From a virus (Duplodnaviria; Caudoviricetes): 64,000 bases of DNA. A program made the translations under genes and the position numbers. Every line of letters begins with the position of its first letter. Position 1 is the stretch's first letter. The DNA is taken from positions 1-64,000 of the IMG/VR virus record IMGVR_UViG_3300010340_000989; one strand, written 5' to 3'. Shown here one piece after another: positions 8,016 to 17,950 of the stretch. The notes beneath the pieces are model-generated. The model was not told the origin of the DNA, searched no databases, and saw only the letters and a program-made list of their open reading frames with translations.

Positions 8016-8721
8016 CCAAAATTTGATTTATTTTAATATCTCTAAATTCTGATATTGATGGTATCCAGTTATGATTAGAGTATTTATTCTGATAGTCAGG
8101 ATATATTTTTTCTTTAAACATTCTATCAAAATTTCTGAATCTCATAGGAAACTCTTTACATATTTGAATTAATATTTCAAGCATTTCATTATAAGCAATC
8201 CAACATTTCTCACTAATTCCAGTAGAAATCTGAATATCTATTTTATTACTTATTGGATCAATAATTTCAATTATATCATATTCAATAGATGAATTTCCAA
8301 AAGGTCTTTTATCGGCTGTTGATATAATAATTGTATTATCTGGTGATTGATTATCATCAAACCAATTTTTATATTGACCTTGATCAAAATATAATTTATT
8401 AATTAAAGATATATGATGTTTTTTTATTTTATTTCTTTCTATAAATTCCGGACTTAAATCATCGAATAGTATATGACGTGTTAAAAATTGTAAAGCCAAT
8501 CCACATCGATTATAAAAATCACCTGGTGATAAATCCTTACGATACTTTTCAATAACTTCCATGTTATCACTCTCAATGGTTGCTAAAACTTTAGCACAAT
8601 AACAACCTTCTTTAAAAACCCATTTTATTTCTTTAATTGCACTTACAACATTTTCAGTTAAATGCCAATTTGAATATTGACTATATGAGTAATATAAATC
8701 TTCCGGATTAATTCTTGCCAT
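8005..8721 (-). CDS. hypothetical protein with C-terminal tag
   Basis: Ends RDIKINQILDEN. Confidence 0.75.
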   Translation of the reverse strand: MARINPEDLYYSYSQYSNWHLTENVVSAIKEIKWVFKEGCYCAKVLATIESDNMEVIEKYRKDLSPGDFYNRCGLALQFLTRHILFDDLSPEFIERNKIKKHHISLINKLYFDQGQYKNWFDDNQSPDNTIIISTADKRPFGNSSIEYDIIEIIDPISNKIDIQISTGISEKCWIAYNEMLEILIQICKEFPMRFRNFDRMFKEKIYPDYQNKYSNHNWIPSISEFRDIKINQILDEN

Positions 8722-9070
8722 AAAATTGTTTTAATTGTTCTAACTTATTCATATCACTTTCTGGTATTGAGTATCTATACCATTTTACATAAAATGGCGC
8801 TAATGAATTGGTAATCATACCATTTTCAAGTAGATAATCTCTACTACTTGATCTTTGACCACAATCCGTTTTATGACTTCCTTTAAAACCCGATCCGCCT
8901 CTAAAAGTTCCTGTATCATTTTTATCACTATACCTGGATGAACCCTCTTGAGCCTTAGTCATAGCCATCTCAATTAATTGTGTTAATTCGTCATTAATTG
9001 GTTCTTTTAATTTATCTTCTTTAGAAGGCTCTATGTAAAGAAGGTATTTTGATTTATCGTCTCTATTCAT
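8708..9070 (-). CDS. hypothetical protein
   Basis: ORF in operon. Confidence 0.7.
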   Translation of the reverse strand: MNRDDKSKYLLYIEPSKEDKLKEPINDELTQLIEMAMTKAQEGSSRYSDKNDTGTFRGGSGFKGSHKTDCGQRSSSRDYLLENGMITNSLAPFYVKWYRYSIPESDMNKLEQLKQFYGKN

Positions 9071-9075
9071 AATTT

Positions 9076-10134
9076 TTATTTATTTTCTTTTATCCAAACA
9101 TCATCATGTGTAGTATTTGTATCATAGATAGCATACTCAATTTCTACCTTTTCATAAATAAATCCATTCAAAGTAAGTAGCTCTTTAATTAATTCAATTT
9201 CATTTTTAAATGTTTTATATCCACACACATTATTTCTATATGTGATCATGTTTATAAACTTAGAACCATCTTTTGACTTCTTAAAGAAGTTTTGACTTAA
9301 TTTTACTACTCCGCCTAATACATTTTCTTCTATATTTAGATTTGATACAAAACTATTAAGTTCTTTTTTCTCATCTGGTGTAATTACAACACCAATATGA
9401 CTTTCAAAATAGCAATCATTTGGTATTGGACCATCAATTATAGGTGCTGCTGAATGCCATGGCACTGTTTCAATCTTTTTACGAATTACCTTATATCCAA
9501 AATTAAATAATTTATTAGAAATTCTCTCAGATTCTTCATAAGCACTTCGATTATCACCAAAATGTTTAGAAGAAGTCATAACATCTTTAATTATAGATCT
9601 ATCATTAATTTCCAAATCTATAATAATTGGTTTAACTCCAATTTTAAAACAATCATCTTTAAATTTATCTAAAATATTAGACATCCATTTTTTTCTTTCA
9701 GATTTTCTATCTTCAATTGGATATTTGATTACACCTTCAGATTGTATCTTTTCAGACCATATATTTGTAAATAACTCATCAAAATCAACTGAGACATGAA
9801 TTTCAAATGGTAGTGGGAAACTTGAATTATCTTCTTTAAATTGTATTTCTTGCCATTTAATTGATTTTTTTTGAATCATATCTTCAATTTCTTCATCAGT
9901 AAAATCTAATGAATACGCAATTGAAATATTAGTTAAATAAACATCTGCAATTTCTTCTAAAATCTTCTCACGATCAATAAATCGATGATTTGTTCCAGGT
10001 GCTGAATCGAAAGGCAAAATTGCTTTTGCTAATTCTCCCACTTCTTCACAAGTTTTAAGTGCTTTCTGAGAAAGTGTTTTTTTATCTTTTAAAGATAATT
10101 GTCGAATATATTTATTTAGATTAGTCATTATCAC
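9076..10134 (-). CDS. MazG-like NTP pyrophosphohydrolase domain fused to unknown C-terminal domain
   Basis: EEVGELAK...EEIADV; C-terminal FEIH/FESH motifs. Confidence 0.7.
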   Translation of the reverse strand: MIMTNLNKYIRQLSLKDKKTLSQKALKTCEEVGELAKAILPFDSAPGTNHRFIDREKILEEIADVYLTNISIAYSLDFTDEEIEDMIQKKSIKWQEIQFKEDNSSFPLPFEIHVSVDFDELFTNIWSEKIQSEGVIKYPIEDRKSERKKWMSNILDKFKDDCFKIGVKPIIIDLEINDRSIIKDVMTSSKHFGDNRSAYEESERISNKLFNFGYKVIRKKIETVPWHSAAPIIDGPIPNDCYFESHIGVVITPDEKKELNSFVSNLNIEENVLGGVVKLSQNFFKKSKDGSKFINMITYRNNVCGYKTFKNEIELIKELLTLNGFIYEKVEIEYAIYDTNTTHDDVWIKENK

Positions 10135-10813
10135 TAAAAATAGATACTAAGCTTAAAAATAAATTTATAATATCCAAATATAATGATACTGCGATGTGTA
10201 GAGCATTTGTATAAGTCCTACCAACAGTTGATGCTCTATACATATCATATCCAATATAAACAGAGAAGATACCTGCAGCGATATAGTCAATGATAGTCAA
10301 TCCTGCCAAAGCTGGTATAAACATTTGTAAAACTCTAACAATAACTAACCCAAGTAATGAATAGAATAAAACACCTCCAAGATTTTTAAACAGATTAGGA
10401 TAAGTATATCCAGCAAACATCATTAGTCCAGTTATAATTGATGTTATCAAAGCGGCATCTTGTACAATAGTCGGATCTATTCCATTAGCAATAGGACCCA
10501 GACATAAACCAATTGGTAATACAATCATGTTATATCCTATAAAAGAAATAGGTAAATTGTCATTCATTGCAATAAAACATCCAATTAAGGGAATTACTAA
10601 TCCAACACCAATTAAAAATCCCAGACTTGGGATAGCTGGTGCGAAAAAAGCAGCCATAATATATGTTACTATCAATCCATAACCAATAAAAGCTCCTATA
10701 GATCCCATAAAAGATCTTTCGGAAATTATTGATAAACTATTTCGTCCAAAAACTCCAGTTTTAAATTTTTTCATATTTTTTATTAATTTATTTTTTTCTA
10801 ATTGTTGTTCCAT
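10121..10813 (-). CDS. Bax inhibitor-1/YccA family membrane protein
   Basis: About 7 hydrophobic segments, YIGYD, A.SLYLDIINLFL; true start probably ATG10774. Confidence 0.85.
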   Translation of the reverse strand: MEQQLEKNKLIKNMKKFKTGVFGRNSLSIISERSFMGSIGAFIGYGLIVTYIMAAFFAPAIPSLGFLIGVGLVIPLIGCFIAMNDNLPISFIGYNMIVLPIGLCLGPIANGIDPTIVQDAALITSIITGLMMFAGYTYPNLFKNLGGVLFYSLLGLVIVRVLQMFIPALAGLTIIDYIAAGIFSVYIGYDMYRASTVGRTYTNALHIAVSLYLDIINLFLSLVSIFSDND

Positions 10814-11111
10814 CTACATCTCCACTAACATCACCACATGTTATTGTTGTTCCATCTACATCTCCACCAACATCCCCACATCTAATTGTAGTTCCATCTA
10901 CATTTCCTAACACATTACCATTTATAGTTGCGGTTGTGCATTCAAGATTTGCGATATCTCCTTCAAATTTAACTTCAACTATTCCAGATAGACCAGATTC
11001 TACTAGAATACCATCAACATAAATTTTATCATTCATGATTGAAATGTTTTTCCCACTAACCGAGTGAGATTTACCATTAATTACAATTTTATTCTTATTG
11101 AAAATTCCCAT
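10788..11111 (-). CDS. small beta-repeat protein (GDVxGDVDGTTI repeats)
   Basis: C-terminal G[DN]V.G[DN]VDGTTI repeats. Confidence 0.7.
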   Translation of the reverse strand: MGIFNKNKIVINGKSHSVSGKNISIMNDKIYVDGILVESGLSGIVEVKFEGDIANLECTTATINGNVLGNVDGTTIRCGDVGGDVDGTTITCGDVSGDVDGTTIRKK

Positions 11112-11113
11112 TT

Positions 11114-11455
11114 TTAATTTAAAAGTTTATTTAATTTATTATCTCTTTTAAGATCTTTGTGATTTTCGAAAAATTTATCTACTATTTTAGCAGCATATAT
11201 TTTACTACTATTTCTTTGATAATTTCTGGCACTATATTTTATCATCAATTTTAAAAAGAAAAATCTAAAAAGTGATATTCCGATGGAATCTGGACTAATA
11301 GTATCATTGCCGATTTTTATATTACCGCTTTCTAGTAAAGTAAAATAATCATTAGAATATAGAGTACTATATTCTCTCCAAACCCCACTTCTACATTGTT
11401 TTATAAACAACGATTTCATTTCACTAATTTTTTGTTTAGCTTCTTTTAATTCCAT
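11114..11455 (-). CDS. hypothetical protein with C-terminal tag
   Basis: Ends RDNKLNKLLN. Confidence 0.72.
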   Translation of the reverse strand: MELKEAKQKISEMKSLFIKQCRSGVWREYSTLYSNDYFTLLESGNIKIGNDTISPDSIGISLFRFFFLKLMIKYSARNYQRNSSKIYAAKIVDKFFENHKDLKRDNKLNKLLN

Positions 11456-11921
11456 TTCTTATTAAATTTATAAAACTATAATTATATTGATTCTTTTCAT
11501 CAAACTTATATTCTTCTTTACTTTCAATTATCCAATCATTCATATCAACATCTACAAACCATGTATCTGCCTCAATTTCAGCATCTAATATTGTTGCATA
11601 AATCTTATCAGCAAATATAAGTGAATTTTTGTAAATCTCACCACCTCCGATAATAAAAATATCTTCTTTAATATTTTTAATTTCTTCAATTGATTTAATT
11701 ATTTCAACCCCCTCAATTTCAATATCCTGACGACTTATCACAATATTTCTTCTATTTGGTAGTGGTCTTCCTATCGAATCAAAAGTTTTTCGACCCATCA
11801 CAACCGTATTACCAGTCGTTAATTCTTTAAATCTTTTTAAATCAGCAGATTGTCTCCAAACAAGTGTATTATCTTTACCTATTCCTCGATTTTTATCATA
11901 AGCGACTATAATGTTTATCAT
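11436..11921 (-). CDS. folA: dihydrofolate reductase
   Basis: GIG..N.L.W..SADLKRFK, VMGRKTF.SIGRPLPNRRNIVISR, IIGGGEIY. Confidence 0.95.
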   Translation of the reverse strand: MINIIVAYDKNRGIGKDNTLVWRQSADLKRFKELTTGNTVVMGRKTFDSIGRPLPNRRNIVISRQDIEIEGVEIIKSIEEIKNIKEDIFIIGGGEIYKNSLIFADKIYATILDAEIEADTWFVDVDMNDWIIESKEEYKFDEKNQYNYSFINLIRNGIKRS

Positions 11922-12181
11922 TTTAGTATTTCATTTATTTTTCTATCTCTATGTAACGCTTTGAATTCAGATAAAGTTATAAAGTGTAAGTGTAAAGTAT
12001 CAGTATTGAATTCAGCAGGAATATTATCTTTATCTAAAAAAGTTGTAATATGTTTATCAGAAACCGTAAAAGAGAATGTTGTGTATAATTTACCATACTC
12101 AAATCTTGAAGTATGATCTCCTATATAGACTCTCTCTAATCTATAAATACGACCTGGAAGTGGATGATTTTGTATATTCAT
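11918..12181 (-). CDS. hypothetical protein with C-terminal tag
   Basis: FEYGKLY; ends RDRKINEILK. Confidence 0.72.
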   Translation of the reverse strand: MNIQNHPLPGRIYRLERVYIGDHTSRFEYGKLYTTFSFTVSDKHITTFLDKDNIPAEFNTDTLHLHFITLSEFKALHRDRKINEILK

Positions 12182-12618
12182 ATACCTAATTCTTCTAATT
12201 TAACATGACGATTATGTGAATCATCTAAAATAATCTCAGCTGATTCTTTTGGAACCCATCTATCTTGTAAGAATCCTAAAATACCACCCCTCATAGAAGG
12301 ATCTCTAGTAAGAGAATCATATCCTTTAAAATCAATTGCCCTTACTTTAATACTATTTTCAGATATATCCACAATTTCAATTTCATAATCAACATGAAAG
12401 TCTTTTTTATCTCCAGTATTTGATGTATGTGTTAATCCATAATTATTTAAAAGTGCTTTAGCGCCAATATAAAAATCAACACTTTTATTTTCTGAAGTAA
12501 TTTTCTCTTTTAGTTCTTTGATTTGTGATTTAAGATTTTTTCTATCTAAAAATAAAACAAAAATAACAGCTAAAAGCACAAGAGGTGTGATTGATAAAAG
12601 TAGTAAAATATTTTGCAT
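12178..12618 (-). CDS. N-terminally membrane-anchored protein with C-terminal tag
   Basis: Likely start ATG12618 (MQNILLLL, hydrophobic run); ends RHVKLEELGI. Confidence 0.7.
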   Translation of the reverse strand: MQNILLLLSITPLVLLAVIFVLFLDRKNLKSQIKELKEKITSENKSVDFYIGAKALLNNYGLTHTSNTGDKKDFHVDYEIEIVDISENSIKVRAIDFKGYDSLTRDPSMRGGILGFLQDRWVPKESAEIILDDSHNRHVKLEELGI

Positions 12619-12619
12619 A

Positions 12620-13261
12620 TTAATTAATTTTTGCTTTTTTCCAATTACGAGTCCAATGTTCATCCGTCTGAACGTGCCCTTTCCTAACCCACTTCATCAC
12701 GTTTTCCGCAAAATCATCATTATGAAACAGATCCGCATTTCTAACAACAATTCCTTCTCTTACACCACCCAATTCTGATGGTTGGGATGCGAGTTTCTCA
12801 GTAAGTTCTTTAAGTTCTTTTTGGGTATTTACCACACCTTTAAATAAAACAGGAACTGTTGGTATATCAAGAAGATATGAATATTCTTCTACTTTTTCCC
12901 AAGGAACCCAAATGTTATTATCTCTAATTCCGAAAATATAAAAATATGATGTTAAGTTAGTATATTCAATTGAATGAATACCTTCCATATTTTCACCAAA
13001 TAGATAAACACCATCACCCAATTCATCTTCAACTGAAAATTTATGAAGTGATCTAACTTCTCTAGACCAAGGAGATATGGTAAATGCTGCATGACTTCTA
13101 GCATAAACACCATGATCAGTCATTCCACAATTTTCACCATCTAGTTTTTCGGTAATAACAATTTCTTTACCTAAAAGTGAATCAACACTACTAGATATTC
13201 TATCATCATTGGTAGAACCAGGTGACCAAAATAGGTGATATGTTCGGTTATATTTTGACAT
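12620..13261 (-). CDS. RNA ligase (Rnl2-like nucleotidyltransferase domain)
   Basis: TEKLDGEN (motif I), FGEN, EGIVVR, KWVR. Confidence 0.85.
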   Translation of the reverse strand: MSKYNRTYHLFWSPGSTNDDRISSSVDSLLGKEIVITEKLDGENCGMTDHGVYARSHAAFTISPWSREVRSLHKFSVEDELGDGVYLFGENMEGIHSIEYTNLTSYFYIFGIRDNNIWVPWEKVEEYSYLLDIPTVPVLFKGVVNTQKELKELTEKLASQPSELGGVREGIVVRNADLFHNDDFAENVMKWVRKGHVQTDEHWTRNWKKAKIN

Positions 13262-13265
13262 ACTA

Positions 13266-13273
13266 CAAATATA
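13266..13273 (-). promoter_or_regulatory. Bacteroidota-type -7 element TATATTTG
   Basis: TAnnTTTG upstream of RNA ligase. Confidence 0.55.
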
Positions 13274-13289
13274 TGAAAATAAATTCTTT

Positions 13290-14456
13290 TTAAGAAAAGA
13301 ATTGAGCGTTCATCATAATTTTCTGCATATCCTCTGGTGTGAAGTACTGTGGCTGTTCTTTAGAAATTTTAACCATTTCTTGATAGGATTGTTTTGCTTC
13401 ATCCTTTCTTCCTGTATAGAAACAGGATGCGGCATGTACTTCAAGTAATTTCCAAATATAAAGAGATTCATCCACAAACAATAATCTTTGAGGATATGGA
13501 TTTCTTTGGTGGAAATTAATCTTAGCAAATTTAGAAAATAAATATGCGTTATGCCATTCACCAACTGCTAGATAATAATCAATAATTGCCTTAATTGGTT
13601 CAGCTCTTAATGGATCCATTGAATAAGCTTTTAAAAACTCATTTAAAGTTAAAATCCATGGTTCTTCTAAAGCTCTCATTATAGTTCCAACCCGATATTG
13701 TGAGTAAAATGTTTCTTCTGGATATCCGTCATTGCGAGAAATTCTTTCTTTATAATATTTCATACTTCTACGGAGACGTTCTTCATTTTCTTCACGATTA
13801 TCTGGAAGACATGCAGAATCATGGTATGATTGTGCTGTATAGAATATCCAACGAGGATCTTGACGATTATCATCAATATACTTTTCAAGTACAAATGCGT
13901 GTGATTTATATTTCTCAGGAATATTTCCTTTCCAAGAACCACCATCCATCTGAACTCTTACATTAATTCCATCCATCAATCCTGATGTGATATTTTTATC
14001 ATCACATACAATAAACTCATGAACAGGACCATAAAATCTAAATGGTTTATCAAGTTTATAACACTCATTACGAGTGTATTTCATTACATTTATATATGTG
14101 TTGAACATATATAAATCTTTGTTAATTCCTGCTTTATTGAAAGTTGGTAATATTTCAATTGTTTCATCAGCATCTAGCCAAAATCCCCAATAATCATTAC
14201 CTCTATCTTTGGTAACTCCACGAGCTACTTGTATTGAATAGTTACGAGAGTTCTCGAAATTATCAAATGCTCTTTCAAAAACATGTGTTTCAATATTGTT
14301 TTGTATTCCCCAATTTTTTACCACCTCAATAGTATTATCAGTTGAACCAGTATCAACTAGACATACAATATCTACAATAGTTTTTATTGAGTCAAGCATA
14401 CGTGTAATAACGTGTGCTTCATTCTTCATAATTTGTGTTAAAACTAATTTAGCCAT
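13290..14456 (-). CDS. GT2 glycosyltransferase with TPR-like C-terminus
   Basis: IMKNE, VDTGSTDNT, SRN, WLDADE, VHE; helical C-terminal repeats. Confidence 0.88.
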   Translation of the reverse strand: MAKLVLTQIMKNEAHVITRMLDSIKTIVDIVCLVDTGSTDNTIEVVKNWGIQNNIETHVFERAFDNFENSRNYSIQVARGVTKDRGNDYWGFWLDADETIEILPTFNKAGINKDLYMFNTYINVMKYTRNECYKLDKPFRFYGPVHEFIVCDDKNITSGLMDGINVRVQMDGGSWKGNIPEKYKSHAFVLEKYIDDNRQDPRWIFYTAQSYHDSACLPDNREENEERLRRSMKYYKERISRNDGYPEETFYSQYRVGTIMRALEEPWILTLNEFLKAYSMDPLRAEPIKAIIDYYLAVGEWHNAYLFSKFAKINFHQRNPYPQRLLFVDESLYIWKLLEVHAASCFYTGRKDEAKQSYQEMVKISKEQPQYFTPEDMQKIMMNAQFFS

Positions 14457-14477
14457 TAAAATTTTTAATATTTTTAT

Positions 14478-14504
14478 TTATATACTATGATATTATATAA
14501 GTTT
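14478..14504 (-). promoter_or_regulatory. putative middle-type promoter AAACTT-N14-TATATAA
   Basis: Recurrent bipartite motif. Confidence 0.45.
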
Positions 14505-14526
14505 TTTTATTTTTAGATATTAAACC

Positions 14527-14895
14527 TTAGTCACCAAATGTTAAAATATCTTTATTTACTTTTTTAAAATCACCCCAAATAGCATTGTAAGTGACACCAC
14601 GAACCTTTCTATTATCAACCCAAACATATTCATCATCTTTATTAATACATCTTGGCTTATTCATAATTAATCCGTGATATTTAAATCCATTATCATCTAA
14701 CCATTTAATAGTTACTAACCTATCTTTTTCTTCTCTAGCTGTGAAGAAAGTAATATTATTACCTTCTTCATACCATTTATTAATTTGTTCTAATGAACCT
14801 TCTATTACTTTCGCACTTGAGTATAAATGTGAATCTTCATTTTTAATATCATCACAACAGGTACCATCCACGTCTATTAAAAATATTCTTTTCAT
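14527..14895 (-). CDS. small HAD-superfamily phosphatase
   Basis: IDVDGT, FTAR, NKPR, WVDN. Confidence 0.8.
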   Translation of the reverse strand: MKRIFLIDVDGTCCDDIKNEDSHLYSSAKVIEGSLEQINKWYEEGNNITFFTAREEKDRLVTIKWLDDNGFKYHGLIMNKPRCINKDDEYVWVDNRKVRGVTYNAIWGDFKKVNKDILTFGD

Positions 14896-15950
14896 AATCC
14901 TAAATTATTTTTCATTTCTATTGTTTTCTTATTTGGTTTAAAATTATCAAAGTAGTATTTAAACCAATTTTCAAATTTAATTTTTTTTCTATCCATATAG
15001 AAGTTTGAATTCTTATATAGATAGATGTAGAATTTCATTAAATTACCAATTCCTCCTGAATTAATTGTATAAATTTCATTATCTCTTCCTTTATGTCTTT
15101 TAGAGTAACAAAAGTGAATATCAATATATTTATCAATTTCTTTTAAAAAATTTAAAGTTGAAGTTATTGAGATAGAACAATTTTTGTTCAATTTTTTTCC
15201 ATATGTTACACAACCATCACCATCAAAATATCCTCTAATAAAATGTCTTATAAGACTTTTTTTTATTTTCGGAAATTTTAATATGTGTGTTTTAGCTTGT
15301 AACAATCCATTAATTTTTAAATCATTTGCTATTTTTTTATTTTCTATTACTACTTTACTTGAAAATTTGTTATTTTTTCTTATTTCTTTTTCAGTTTTTA
15401 GGAATAATTTGAAATTCTCCAAAATATTAAAATCTTTATTAGAAAGACATAATGTTATTGAATTTTTTTTATAATTTATATAACCATCTGCAAATAAAAA
15501 CCCGAACCAATATGCCTTCTCTTCATTATCTATTCTTTCAAATATTGAATCATCTATTTTATATTTTATTTTTCTTTTACTCTGGTCCCTTATAATAGAA
15601 TGTTCACTCAATATTTTGAATATGTAGCTCCTATCTATATTAAATATTTGAGATATTTCATCACCGGTTTTACCCTCATTATATAACTCAACTATTTCAC
15701 TTATCGGTCTTGATTCTTTTATTTTTTTACTTAATAAATAAATATTATGACCATGAATAAATTTTTTAAATTCATTATTATGAAAAATTGTTTTTTCACC
15801 ACACCCACAAGAACAAAGAGGATGTTTATTATCATATTCAGTTTGTATAATATAAGATAAATAGTCAATTATATTATGTTCTTTCAATAGATGCTTATTA
15901 AATGATCCACCTTGGCGACCAAAGGATTTATTACATAAATTACATATCAT
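14892..15950 (-). CDS. LAGLIDADG homing endonuclease with N-terminal Zn-binding/HTH region
   Basis: YWFGFLFADG, FIRGYFDGDG, CSCGC; TAATATATA at 15955-15963 (-). Confidence 0.85.
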   Translation of the reverse strand: MICNLCNKSFGRQGGSFNKHLLKEHNIIDYLSYIIQTEYDNKHPLCSCGCGEKTIFHNNEFKKFIHGHNIYLLSKKIKESRPISEIVELYNEGKTGDEISQIFNIDRSYIFKILSEHSIIRDQSKRKIKYKIDDSIFERIDNEEKAYWFGFLFADGYINYKKNSITLCLSNKDFNILENFKLFLKTEKEIRKNNKFSSKVVIENKKIANDLKINGLLQAKTHILKFPKIKKSLIRHFIRGYFDGDGCVTYGKKLNKNCSISITSTLNFLKEIDKYIDIHFCYSKRHKGRDNEIYTINSGGIGNLMKFYIYLYKNSNFYMDRKKIKFENWFKYYFDNFKPNKKTIEMKNNLGL

Positions 15951-16003
15951 TAAATATATATTAATTATATCTATACCTTCTGTTACATATTATCATATAT
16001 CCA

Positions 16004-16969
16004 TTAGATTGCGTTTAATTCATGAATACTTACTTTCTGTGTAAGAGCCCAAATTGTTTTACCAATTAGTTTGGCACAAGATGCCACTCTCAATTTAGGA
16101 TGAATTGTTTGTGGAATTGAATCAGACACAATCAACTCCTCAAACATTGAAGTCTCAAGATTTTCAAATGCCTTACCACTTAGAATACCGTGTGTAGCAA
16201 CTGCCCTGACAGATCTAGCACCCATTGACATAACAAGTTCAGCAGCTTTTTTCATTGTTCCTAATGTATCAGCCATATCATCAACAATGATAACATTTTT
16301 ACCCATCACATCACCAACTAGTTCCATTGAATGGATTTCATTTGGTTTAATACGTTTTTTATTAATCATCGCGAATGATGATTCTGGGAAAGCTTTACAG
16401 AAATCTGATGCTCTTTTAACAGCTCCTTGATCAGGAGCAACAATACAAAGGTTTTCTAGTTTAAGTGATTTAATATAGTCAATAAATACTTTATTACCGT
16501 TTAAGTGAATAACTGGAACATTATAAAATCCTTGTATAGAAGAAGCATGTAAATCAATAGTTATAATTCTAGACATTCCTACTGTCTCAAGAATATCTGC
16601 CATCATTTTAGAACCAATTGATGATCTTAAATGGTCTGTTTTATCTTGTCTTGAGTATCCTTGAAATGGAGCAATTAGTGTGAATGATTTACATCCGGCT
16701 CTTTTGGCAGCATCAATTACGAGAAGTGTTTCCATAATTGAATCTGATGAGTTTGTAGTATTTACAAAGAATACATCTTCATCACGAACAGATTCTTTAA
16801 AAAGTGGTAGAATCTCACCATCAGAAAATTTATCAACTTGTAGCTTACCTGTTGTAATTTCTTCTTCTTCATTTATACCGAAAGAAGAGAACTTTTTTAA
16901 TTCATTAGTTAGAACTTTACAAATTTCTTGTGTAAGTCTTACATCATTTAATCCTGAAAATATTTTCAT
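16004..16969 (-). CDS. prs: ribose-phosphate pyrophosphokinase
   Basis: FSDGE, YSRQDK, DLHA, APDQG, VDDMADT.GT, ATHG. Confidence 0.95.
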   Translation of the reverse strand: MKIFSGLNDVRLTQEICKVLTNELKKFSSFGINEEEEITTGKLQVDKFSDGEILPLFKESVRDEDVFFVNTTNSSDSIMETLLVIDAAKRAGCKSFTLIAPFQGYSRQDKTDHLRSSIGSKMMADILETVGMSRIITIDLHASSIQGFYNVPVIHLNGNKVFIDYIKSLKLENLCIVAPDQGAVKRASDFCKAFPESSFAMINKKRIKPNEIHSMELVGDVMGKNVIIVDDMADTLGTMKKAAELVMSMGARSVRAVATHGILSGKAFENLETSMFEELIVSDSIPQTIHPKLRVASCAKLIGKTIWALTQKVSIHELNAI

Positions 16970-16970
16970 A

Positions 16971-17300
16971 TTAGTTAAATAAATTATTTAGTGCGCTTTC
17001 TCTAAGTTTTTGTTTAGGAACAAAAAATTGCCTAGACTTTCTCTTACCATATAAAAACTTTTTTAAAGACACTTGAGTATTTGTTGTTTTTGCAAGATGC
17101 TTTTGTCTTTTCCAAGCGAAAAGAAGATCCCATTGACTCTTACTATCAAGAGCATCGAACCAATATGTGTGTTTTCCCAATCTTCTTTTAAAAGATTCAA
17201 ACTCATTTTTAAATTTTTGAGGATCTTCAATACTTGTTGAAAGATAAGATCCACCATCGAACCAAGTCATATGATTAAAATTAAAATTAGGGAGTACCAT
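16971..17300 (-). CDS. hypothetical protein with C-terminal tag
   Basis: Ends RESALNNLFN; TATATTTG at 17307-17314 (-). Confidence 0.7.
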   Translation of the reverse strand: MVLPNFNFNHMTWFDGGSYLSTSIEDPQKFKNEFESFKRRLGKHTYWFDALDSKSQWDLLFAWKRQKHLAKTTNTQVSLKKFLYGKRKSRQFFVPKQKLRESALNNLFN

Positions 17301-17318
17301 TTCTTACAAATATAATTA

Positions 17319-17873
17319 TTAATTCTTACCTTCCAAAATATTTCTTTCTGTCTCTAAATCTCGATTAATTGCTCTTTCAGAAGAAAACTTATCACCATAT
17401 CTTGCCTTCAATTTATCAATATTAACATCAAAAGATTTCTCAATATCGATATCATATGTATTCATATAATCTGATACATCTAACATTACTAAATTTGTGA
17501 TTGTTTTAAACAAATTCTCATCAATTGGTTTATTATAATAAAGTTTTTTCTTCATCATATCTAATAACTTACAAGTATTTTTAACAATTTTTAAAACCAA
17601 TTTCATTGGATTATCATTCTTTGTTTTAACAATTAATTGTGGATAATCTAGGTTCATTTCTCTACCTATAATTGCCAAGTACCATGTAATATCACCAGCT
17701 TCTTCTAACATATTTGTAAAATCTTGCTCATCACCAATATGATTATCAAGCAGTTCTTCAACTTCAGTTAATACTCCTATAACAGCATGTAGTATTCTTT
17801 GTTCTCTTTCATCACAATGGAATTGTGTGGATAGTGTTTTTTCAGATAATTCTAAATATTCTGACCAATTCAT
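17319..17873 (-). CDS. MazG-like nucleotide pyrophosphohydrolase
   Basis: EVEELLD, EEAGDITWYLA, NIDKLKARY. Confidence 0.8.
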   Translation of the reverse strand: MNWSEYLELSEKTLSTQFHCDEREQRILHAVIGVLTEVEELLDNHIGDEQDFTNMLEEAGDITWYLAIIGREMNLDYPQLIVKTKNDNPMKLVLKIVKNTCKLLDMMKKKLYYNKPIDENLFKTITNLVMLDVSDYMNTYDIDIEKSFDVNIDKLKARYGDKFSSERAINRDLETERNILEGKN

Positions 17874-17922
17874 ATTAATATTTTTATTTCTTATAGGATT
17901 AAAAATTAAGTCTGTTGATTTT

Positions 17923-17931
17923 TAATATATA
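17923..17931 (+). promoter_or_regulatory. putative late promoter TAATATATA
   Basis: Recurrent motif. Confidence 0.55.
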
Positions 17932-17950
17932 ATTAAAATTAATTTTCAAA

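Noticed and set aside
609-17257. Overlapping ORFs 609, 2561, 3390, 11850, 12518, 13313, 13700, 13760, 14296, 14741, 15184, 16680, 17063
   Set aside because: Overlap well-supported genes and show no motifs.
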